Shown in pieces: positions 36,297 to 43,001 of a DNA stretch of 64,000 bases; position 1 is the first letter of the stretch; every line of letters begins with the position of its first letter. The stretch is from the NCBI GenBank assembly GCA_050998515.1, contig JBPCQC010000019.1, positions 200,357-264,356 on the forward strand. The letters run 5' to 3'. This DNA is from Verrucomicrobiales bacterium (GTDB lineage: Bacteria; Verrucomicrobiota; Verrucomicrobiia; Verrucomicrobiales; V1-33). The notes under the pieces are model-generated. The model was not told where the DNA came from and searched no databases. It saw nothing but the letters and a program-made list of their open reading frames with translations. Position numbers and translations under genes: made by a program.

Positions 36297-37889
36297 TTGC
36301 CGCCAACACCCGACCTCTTGAACGCCCCAGCCTCCTTCAATCTCGCCCAAGACCCTTGGATTCCCGTCCGGTTCCTCGATGGGACTTCCGACCTCGTCAG
36401 TCTGCGCGAGGCGTTCGCTCGGGGCCGCGCGATCCACGATCTCGCCGCTCGTCCGCACGAGCGGATCGCGCTCCTGCGGTTGCTCATCTGCATCGCTCAA
36501 GCGGCGCTGAATGGCCCCGATACGGACGACGCCGGCGAGTGGCGCGAGGCGGAGGAAGGGCTGCCGGATGCAGCGTCCAAGTATCTCGAAAAGTGGGCTG
36601 GCGCGTTCGCGCTCTTCGGCGAGGGCCCGCGGTTCTTGCAATTGCGCACGGCCAAAGCCGAGGAGACGGCAGCGAGCAAGCTCTTTCCTCCGCTGGCCTC
36701 CGGAAATAATCCCACGCTCTTCGATCATGCGGGCGGCGAGGAACGCGCGTTCGCTCCCGCGGCGCTCGCCCTTGGCTTGGTCAGCTTCCAGAATTTCTCC
36801 CCGCTCATTGGTCGCGGCTACACGGGCCGCGGCCCGTGCGTGGATCGTAATGCGCTCCATGTCTTCCGCATCGGCGCCAATCTCCTCGAGACGGTGCTGC
36901 TCAATGGCGTCAGCATCGAGCGGATCGAGGGCGACGGGCGCGGAAGTTTTGGGCGGCCGATTTGGGAGATGCCTCTTACCGATCCCGCCGGCGTGGACTC
37001 GGCCGCGGTGCGCAATGCCACCCGCACGTATCTCGGCCGGCTCGCCCCGCTCGCGCGTAGTGTGTGGCTGGCGGAGGATGGCCGCTCATTGGTGCTCGCG
37101 AATGGTCCGGATTACCCCGCCTTCAAAGTCGGCTGGAAAGAGCCGAGCGCGACCGAGGGCATTCGGCAGGAAAAGGAGCGCTACCTTCTCGGCGCATCGC
37201 TGGGGAGGGCGGTTTGGCGAGAGCTTCACGCGATCACCGTCGCGAACTCGGATGGCTTGGGGCGGGCGGCGACGCTCGCGCGCCAAGGGGAAGAGGAGGC
37301 GTGCTCGCTGTGGGCCGGCGGAATGGTGACCGATTTCAAAGCGAAGATAGAAGACGCTGTCGCCTCCCGGTTCCAAGGCGATCTCGCCGTGCCGGGAAAG
37401 CTGTTTTCGTCGGACACGTCGGCTCATCTCCACTATCACGGCGGCGTGCAGGCGGCGAACGCTTGGGAGAATGCTGCACGTTTCGCCGTCAAGCAATATG
37501 CTGACATCCTAAGCTCCCGAAACAGCGATAAGCCAACGACCGACCAGCGCACCACCGGTCTGCGCGATGCGGCCTCGGCATTTTTCTGGAACGAAGCGGA
37601 GCAACACCTCCGCGAGCTTTTTGCGCTCGTGAACGATCTCACGCTGCTCGGCGGCAAGGCCGCGCGCGATCCGTATGCGCCCACCGCCTGGCACCGGGCG
37701 TTGCGCCGCGCGGCGGCAGCAGCATTCGAGGCGGTCTGCCCGCAGGACAATGCCCGCCAGCACGAGGCTGCCGGGAAGGCGCGCGCTTTCTTGCGCGCGA
37801 AAAGTCTCGAATCGAAACCTGCGAGGCGCGGCGGCAGGTCGCGCGCTGCGAAAACCACTCCTGACCCAACTCCGTTGCCCCATGCCTGA
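36297..37889 (+). CDS. cas8e: Cse1/CasA (Cas8e), Cascade large subunit
   Basis: 530 aa. The N-terminal 'NLAQDPWIPVR' matches the CasA N-terminus (E. coli MNLLIDNWIPVR). Its position after cas3 fits. There is no in-frame ATG, so the start is TTG at 36297 or TTG at 36318. Confidence 0.85.
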   Translation: MPPTPDLLNAPASFNLAQDPWIPVRFLDGTSDLVSLREAFARGRAIHDLAARPHERIALLRLLICIAQAALNGPDTDDAGEWREAEEGLPDAASKYLEKWAGAFALFGEGPRFLQLRTAKAEETAASKLFPPLASGNNPTLFDHAGGEERAFAPAALALGLVSFQNFSPLIGRGYTGRGPCVDRNALHVFRIGANLLETVLLNGVSIERIEGDGRGSFGRPIWEMPLTDPAGVDSAAVRNATRTYLGRLAPLARSVWLAEDGRSLVLANGPDYPAFKVGWKEPSATEGIRQEKERYLLGASLGRAVWRELHAITVANSDGLGRAATLARQGEEEACSLWAGGMVTDFKAKIEDAVASRFQGDLAVPGKLFSSDTSAHLHYHGGVQAANAWENAARFAVKQYADILSSRNSDKPTTDQRTTGLRDAASAFFWNEAEQHLRELFALVNDLTLLGGKAARDPYAPTAWHRALRRAAAAAFEAVCPQDNARQHEAAGKARAFLRAKSLESKPARRGGRSRAAKTTPDPTPLPHA

Positions 37890-38442
37890 ACATCCGTTCC
37901 CTTTCCACGCCCTCTACCAGCTCACCGAGCGCAAAGGCCGCGACGGCCAGCCTCGTGATGACAAGGGCACCCGAGCCGCGCTGCGGCGCCTGCTTTCCGA
38001 CACGCGCCGGTCCAAGGCGGTGGGCTGGATGGCGCTTGGCGCGCTCGGCGCGGGAAGCTTTGCCGACGACCCCGTGGCGGAGACGGTCGCCGGCATTTAC
38101 GGGCTGCACCCGAAGCCGAGCCATGACAAGGAGTTCAACTTCGGCGCCACCTGCCGCAAGCTGCGCGAGAAGAAGAGCAAAGACTTCAGCGAGCCACATC
38201 CGTTCGACAATCACTTCCGCCGCCTCCTCGGCGCGCGCACGCAGGGCGACGCGTGCAAGGTGGTGCAGCGCATCGCGCGGATGGCGGAAGCCGAAGGCAT
38301 CGAGATCAATTTCGAGCGGCTTTTTTACGACCTGTGCAGATGGGAGGATGACTGGCCGCGCCGGAACTGGACGCGCGCCTATTTCCGAACCCCGCAGCCT
38401 GAGGACGACTCCGAAATCACCGCCCCCGCTGTCCATGAATGA
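37882..38442 (+). CDS. cas11: Cse2/CasB (Cas11), Cascade small subunit
   Basis: ATG at 37882 overlaps the cse1 3' end by 8 nt. It encodes a 186-aa helical Arg-rich protein (TRAALRRLLSD..., ...WTRAYF). Size and position are typical for Cse2. Confidence 0.8.
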   Translation: MPEHPFPFHALYQLTERKGRDGQPRDDKGTRAALRRLLSDTRRSKAVGWMALGALGAGSFADDPVAETVAGIYGLHPKPSHDKEFNFGATCRKLREKKSKDFSEPHPFDNHFRRLLGARTQGDACKVVQRIARMAEAEGIEINFERLFYDLCRWEDDWPRRNWTRAYFRTPQPEDDSEITAPAVHE

Positions 38443-39142
38443 GCGCCTCCATCTCGCTCGCGCGCTCGTCCCTTACGAAGTCGCCGTGAAGCGCGGCATG
38501 ACCGATCCTTACGCCTGGCATCAGCGCGCCTGGGATGCGTTCCCGAGCCGCGACCGGCAGCCGCGGGACTTCCTCACCCGGCTCGAAGAAAAGGACGACG
38601 TCCTCCAGCTCATGATCCTCTCGCCGACCCCGCCCGAGCGCCCCGGCTGGTGCCCTACCGACGGCTGGCAGGTAAAGCCGATCCCCGAGGATTTCCTCGG
38701 CCACGAGGAGTATGACTTCTCGCTGCTGGCGAACCCCACGCGCAAACTCGTGGTGCGCGACGAGGCCGGACAGCGCCGCAAGAATGGGCGGCGGATCGCC
38801 ATCACGCACCGCGAAGATCGGCCCGACACGAACGCGCCGGACCGCATGGCGCCGGGACTCCTCTCGTGGCTTCAGCGACACGGCATGGAAAATGGCTTCG
38901 CGATCGTGCCGGACCAGACGCGCACCATCCCGCAGCCCTTTCGTCGTTTTCATAAAGAGAAGCACACCGTCTCGCTTCACGCGGTGGACTTCCGCGGCCG
39001 ACTGCAGGTCACCGATCGCGCGCGCTTCCGCAGCATCTTCCACGGACGCCCCGATCCGGTGGACCCGGCGCGGCTCATCTACGGCTTGGGCCGCGCGAAG
39101 GGCTTCGGCTTTGGTCTGCTCGCCGTCGTCCCTGTTTCCTGA
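38435..39142 (+). CDS. cas6e: Cas6e (CasE/Cse3) crRNA endoribonuclease
   Basis: ATG at 38435 overlaps the cse2 3' end by 8 nt. 235 aa. The C-terminal glycine-rich loop 'GLGRAKGFGFGLL' is diagnostic of Cas6e. Confidence 0.85.
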   Translation: MNERLHLARALVPYEVAVKRGMTDPYAWHQRAWDAFPSRDRQPRDFLTRLEEKDDVLQLMILSPTPPERPGWCPTDGWQVKPIPEDFLGHEEYDFSLLANPTRKLVVRDEAGQRRKNGRRIAITHREDRPDTNAPDRMAPGLLSWLQRHGMENGFAIVPDQTRTIPQPFRRFHKEKHTVSLHAVDFRGRLQVTDRARFRSIFHGRPDPVDPARLIYGLGRAKGFGFGLLAVVPVS

Positions 39143-39195
39143 ATTTCCGAACGAACCTCCTCCAAACCAACTCACCCTAAGACCCACATCCACCC

Positions 39196-40248
39196 ATGAA
39201 ACTGCTGGAACTCCACATCCTCCAATCCTACCCCGTCACCTGCCTGAACCGGGACGACATCGGCTCGCCCAAATCGGCGGTCTTCGGCGGCTCCACCCGC
39301 GCCCGCATCAGCAGCCAGAGCCTGAAGCGCGCGATTCGCGAATACGCGCAGACCGTTTTCCCCTCGGCTGCCTTTGCGGGCCAGCGCTCGCGCTACCTCC
39401 TCGAACGATTCTCGAAAGCCATCGTCGCCGCCGGGCTCGCGGAGCCGGAAGCGACGAAGAAAGCCGAGGAACTCGCCGCCATCTTCAGCAGCCTGCAGGA
39501 TCCAAAGGAGCGGCAAAAATCCGGCGATGTGACCACCGCCGTCTTCCTCTCGCCGGCCGAGATCGAGCAGCTCGCGCGCGTTGCCGCCGATGGAGGCGAC
39601 CTCGCCAAAGCCGCGCGCAAGGTCACCCGGCTCGATGCCGCCGACATCGCGCTTTTCGGACGGATGGTCGCGAACGACTCATCGCTCAATGTCGAAGGCG
39701 CGAGTCTGTTTTCCCACGCCATCTCCACCCACCGGTGCGACAACGACACCGACTTCTTCTCCGCCATCGACGACGTGAAACGCGCCGCCGTTGGCACCAC
39801 CGATGCCGGCGCCGGAATGATTGGCAACATCGACTTCAACTCCGCCTGCTACTACCGCTACTGCGCGCTCAACCTCGACGAACTCGCCCGCCCCACGCAT
39901 CTCGGCGGCCTCTCGCAGGAGCAGCGCCGCGCAGTCGTCGATGCCTTTCTCCGTGCCACGCTCCAGGCGATTCCCGCCGCCCGCAAGCACTCGATGAACG
40001 GGCACACCCTGCCCGGCTACGCGCTCGGCATTTACAAGGCGGCCGGCCAGCCGCTGCAGCTCGTAAATGCTTTCGAGAAGCCGGTAACAACTCGGGGGGA
40101 GGGCTACCTCGAGGGTTCGCGTGAGCGGCTGACCGAGCACCACCGCGAGCTCAAGGACACTTGGGGATTGAAGAACGATCTCGAACTCGAACTGCCGGGC
40201 CTGACCCTCGACGGTTTCATCACGCAACTCGTCACCCACGTCCCATGA
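39196..40248 (+). CDS. cas7: Cas7e (CasC/Cse4), Cascade backbone subunit
   Basis: 350 aa. The N-terminus MKLLELHILQSYPVTCLNRDDIGSPKSAVFGGSTRARISSQSLKRAIR closely parallels E. coli CasC. Confidence 0.9.
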   Translation: MKLLELHILQSYPVTCLNRDDIGSPKSAVFGGSTRARISSQSLKRAIREYAQTVFPSAAFAGQRSRYLLERFSKAIVAAGLAEPEATKKAEELAAIFSSLQDPKERQKSGDVTTAVFLSPAEIEQLARVAADGGDLAKAARKVTRLDAADIALFGRMVANDSSLNVEGASLFSHAISTHRCDNDTDFFSAIDDVKRAAVGTTDAGAGMIGNIDFNSACYYRYCALNLDELARPTHLGGLSQEQRRAVVDAFLRATLQAIPAARKHSMNGHTLPGYALGIYKAAGQPLQLVNAFEKPVTTRGEGYLEGSRERLTEHHRELKDTWGLKNDLELELPGLTLDGFITQLVTHVP

Positions 40249-40997
40249 ACAGCGCCACACTCGCAGTGGTCCTCGACGCTCCGCTGCAAAGCTGGGGCCA
40301 CGCCTCCCAATTCCAGCACCGCACGACTGCCGCGCACCCGACCAAGAGCGGCGTGCTCGGCCTCGTCGCCGCCGCGCTCGGCATCGACCGCAACGCATCC
40401 GATGAAGCCGACCTTCTCGTGCCTTTCGCCGCGCTGCATTTTACCAGCCTGCGCGTGCCGCGGCCCCACCCCCGGCGCAACGAGCGGCTGCTTCCCGTCC
40501 TGCGGCTCGAGGATTACCACACCGTCGGCGGCGGCTACGATGAAGACGACCCTCGCGAGCGACTCTGCATCCCGCGCAAGGCGGAGCGTGGCGGCGTCTT
40601 TGGCACCGTCGTCACCCGTCGCACCTATCTTCAGCAAGCGCGGTTCATCATTTTCATGGAAGGCTACCGCGCCAGCATTGATCGCATCGCGACGGCTCTT
40701 CAGAACCCCGTATGGGGTGTCTGGCTGGGCCGCAAGAGCTGTGTCCCTGCCGTGCCCGTCCAGCCCGTCATTGCCGAGAGCCGCGCGTCGGCCCTCGTAA
40801 TTTTGCTGCGCCGCATCCGCTATCCGCAGCCGGACGCGCCGGAGACGGACTTTGATCGCGAGGAGACCGCGACCGACGCTTCGCAAGCTCACCATTTCCT
40901 GGCAGACCAGCCGCTCGGTTACGGCAGTCGGCAATTCTCGCACCGTGGCATCACAGTCCATCGCGCGCCCAGACCAGCCCCGGGAAGTGGGGAATGA
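40245..40997 (+). CDS. cas5: Cas5e (CasD)
   Basis: ATG at 40245 overlaps the cas7 stop (ATGA). The N-terminus MNSATLAVVLDAPLQSWGHASQFQHRTTAAHPTKSGVLGLVAAALGIDR parallels E. coli CasD. Confidence 0.85.
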   Translation: MNSATLAVVLDAPLQSWGHASQFQHRTTAAHPTKSGVLGLVAAALGIDRNASDEADLLVPFAALHFTSLRVPRPHPRRNERLLPVLRLEDYHTVGGGYDEDDPRERLCIPRKAERGGVFGTVVTRRTYLQQARFIIFMEGYRASIDRIATALQNPVWGVWLGRKSCVPAVPVQPVIAESRASALVILLRRIRYPQPDAPETDFDREETATDASQAHHFLADQPLGYGSRQFSHRGITVHRAPRPAPGSGE

Positions 40998-41332
40998 CCG
41001 GTTGCACGGATGATGCCCGTTTTCTATCCTCTGCCGCCATGATTCCTTCCCGCCACGTCCTGCTCGAACGCCTGCGCGCGGCGATGCCGGCGCTGGCCGG
41101 GGAGTTCCCGCTGCGACGCATGGCGCTGTTCGGCTCCGTGGCGCGCGGGGATGCCACCGAGGCGAGCGACATCGACATCCTCGTGGATGTGGACCCGCGG
41201 ATCGGGCTCGGGTTTGTGACGCTCGCGGAGCGTCTGGAGCAGTTGCTGGGGCACAAGGTGGACCTGGTGTCGCGCCGCGCCGTGAAGCCTTCGCTCTGGA
41301 AGCAGATCGAACCGGAGCTGCTGGATGTCTAA
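40994..41332 (+). CDS. mntA: MntA-type minimal nucleotidyltransferase antitoxin (HEPN/MNT module)
   Basis: Carries the NTase motif LFGSVARGDATEASDIDILVD. ATG at 40994 overlaps the cas5e TGA (ATGA); an alternative ATG at 41039 would give a 97-aa product. It overlaps hepT by 8 nt. Confidence 0.8.
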   Translation: MTGCTDDARFLSSAAMIPSRHVLLERLRAAMPALAGEFPLRRMALFGSVARGDATEASDIDILVDVDPRIGLGFVTLAERLEQLLGHKVDLVSRRAVKPSLWKQIEPELLDV

Positions 41333-41657
41333 ACGCGATCCCGCCCTTCTCCTCGAGGACATGCGCGCGGCGCTGGAGAAGATCGCCCGCTACACGGCGG
41401 GGATGCAACGCGCGGCCTTCCTCGCGGATGAGAAGACGGTGGACGCCGTGGTCCGCAATCTGGAGATCATCGGCGAGGCCTCGAAACAGGTGCCGGAGGA
41501 ATTCAAGGCGCTGCATCCCGCCCTGCCGTGGTCGCAGATGGCCGGGCTCCGCAACCGGATCGTGCATGATTACGCCGGGATCGATCTGGAATTGATCTGG
41601 GACATCGTCGGGAACTCGCTGCCCGCCCTGCGCGGGCAGTTGGACGGTCTGGCGTAA
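41325..41657 (+). CDS. hepT: HepT-type HEPN (DUF86) toxin
   Basis: 110 aa. The HEPN Rx4H motif is in the typical context (MAGLRNRIVHDYAGIDLELIWDIV). The gene is downstream of and overlapping the MNT gene. Confidence 0.85.
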   Translation: MSKRDPALLLEDMRAALEKIARYTAGMQRAAFLADEKTVDAVVRNLEIIGEASKQVPEEFKALHPALPWSQMAGLRNRIVHDYAGIDLELIWDIVGNSLPALRGQLDGLA

Positions 41658-41680
41658 AACCGACGGTCTTATTCCTCCGC

Positions 41681-41715
41681 TCAATCCTAAATCCTAAATC
41701 TGAAATCCTAAATCC
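41681..41715 (+). repeat. Five tandem G-poor heptanucleotide repeats (TCAATCC TAAATCC TAAATCT GAAATCC TAAATCC) ending 2 nt before the cas1 ATG
   Basis: Read directly from the sequence. The period is exactly 7 nt, and the repeats occupy most of the 60-nt hepT-cas1 spacer. Confidence 0.8.
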
Positions 41716-41717
41716 AG

Positions 41718-42605
41718 ATGCCCCTCTTCGAACGCCCGCCGCTGGAAACCCTCGCCTCGGCGAAGGATCGCTGGACGCCGCTTTACCTCGAGCACGGGCG
41801 GCTCGAGGTGGATGACTCGAGCGTCAAATGGATCGGCGCCGATGGCCTGCTCTGCCGCATCCCGGTCGCCACCGTCTCCGCGCTCATCCTCGGGCCGGGC
41901 ACCACCATCACGCACGCGGCGGTGCGGGCCTGCGCGGAATCGAACACGCCGCTGTGCTGGACTGGCGCGGATTGCCTGCGCTTCTACGCCTTTGGCCTCA
42001 CCCCGAATCACACCAATGACATGCCCCGGCTCCACGCCGAGGCCTGGGCCGACAAACGCCGCCGCACGCAGATTGCCCGGCGCATGTTCGCGATGCGCTT
42101 TCCCGATGTGGACGTGGAGGGCCGGTCCGTGAAGGAGCTCCGCGGCATGGAAGGGCTCCGCGTGCGCGCACTCTACAGCCAGCTCGGCCTCGAGCACGGC
42201 GTCACCTGGAAAGGGCGCAACTACGACCGCACGAACTGGGATATTTCCGATTCGATCAACCGCGCCCTCTCTGCTGCCAACGCGAGTCTTTACTCCCTCG
42301 TCGCCGCCGTCGTCTGCTCGCTCGGCTACGTGCCGAGTCTCGGCTTTGTGCATGACGCGGGCACGCTCCCGTTCATCTACGACGTGGCCGATCTGTATAA
42401 GCATCTCACGAGCATCCCCGCCGCCTTCCTCGCCGCGCGGCAGGATCCCGCCGACGAAGGCGAACTCGTGCGCACTTTGCTCAAAGAGCGCGTCGAGGAG
42501 CACCGCATCCTCCAGCGCATTCCCAAGGACCTCGCCGCGCTCTTCGATACCGCCGAAGCCGCGCCTGCCTCCGCGACCAGCCGCCCGCCTTCGGCGACTG
42601 CGTAA
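41718..42605 (+). CDS. cas1: Cas1e integrase
   Basis: 295 aa. It can be aligned by eye along its length with E. coli Cas1 (LYLEHGRLEVDD..., GPGTTITHAAVRA..., ELRGMEGLRVRALY..., GFVHDAGTLPFIYDVADLYK). Confidence 0.9.
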   Translation: MPLFERPPLETLASAKDRWTPLYLEHGRLEVDDSSVKWIGADGLLCRIPVATVSALILGPGTTITHAAVRACAESNTPLCWTGADCLRFYAFGLTPNHTNDMPRLHAEAWADKRRRTQIARRMFAMRFPDVDVEGRSVKELRGMEGLRVRALYSQLGLEHGVTWKGRNYDRTNWDISDSINRALSAANASLYSLVAAVVCSLGYVPSLGFVHDAGTLPFIYDVADLYKHLTSIPAAFLAARQDPADEGELVRTLLKERVEEHRILQRIPKDLAALFDTAEAAPASATSRPPSATA

Positions 42606-42617
42606 TCTCTCCGTCAC

Positions 42618-42645
42618 TCAACACTCAACTTTCAACTCTCAACCC
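42618..42645 (+). repeat. Four tandem G-free heptanucleotide repeats (TCAACAC TCAACTT TCAACTC TCAACCC) in the cas1-cas2 spacer
   Basis: Read directly from the sequence. The period is exactly 7 nt. A 7-nt CTTCCCT follows, then the cas2 GTG at 42653. Confidence 0.8.
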
Positions 42646-42652
42646 CTTCCCT

Positions 42653-42952
42653 GTGACCGTCATCGTCGCCCACGACACGCCGCCCGCCATCCGCGGGATG
42701 CTCAAGCGCTGGTTCATCGAGCCGCAGCCCAACGTCTTCGTCGGCACGCTGACCCGGCGCACGCGTGACAAGACGCTCGACTACATCAAGCGCAACGCCG
42801 CCGGCATCGCGCTGCTGATGATCTCGTCCGAACCCAACTGCCAGGGCTTCAAAATCGAGATTCACGGCGAAGTGCGCCGGCGCGACGCGCAGCTCTCCGG
42901 CCTGTGGCTGGTGGCGGAGAAGTGGGTGGAAGCCGAAAACCTGCCTTTCTGA
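42653..42952 (+). CDS. cas2: Cas2e
   Basis: 99 aa with a GTG start. MTVIVAHDTPPAIRGMLKRWFIEPQPNVFVGTLTRRTRDK parallels E. coli Cas2 ([32 protein letters not shown]...). Confidence 0.85.
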   Translation: MTVIVAHDTPPAIRGMLKRWFIEPQPNVFVGTLTRRTRDKTLDYIKRNAAGIALLMISSEPNCQGFKIEIHGEVRRRDAQLSGLWLVAEKWVEAENLPF

Positions 42953-43001
42953 TTTGCGGCAGAACGCAAGAATCGCGAACGTAAGCCGTTGGCAATCCAG
43001 A
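42953..43001 (+). promoter_or_regulatory. CRISPR leader (only 49 nt between the cas2 stop and the first repeat)
   Basis: It is on the cas-proximal side of the array, while the degenerate and SNP-bearing repeats lie at the opposite end. Its leader role is inferred. No promoter boxes were identified confidently. Confidence 0.5.

Noticed and set aside
38417-41684. Minus-strand ORFs 38417-39193, 39679-40398 and 40104-41684 (up to 526 aa) across cas6e, cas7, cas5, mntA and hepT.
   Set aside because: They lie antisense to confidently identified cas and TA genes, and their composition is dominated by Arg, Ala, Gly and Pro. No motifs were recognised.
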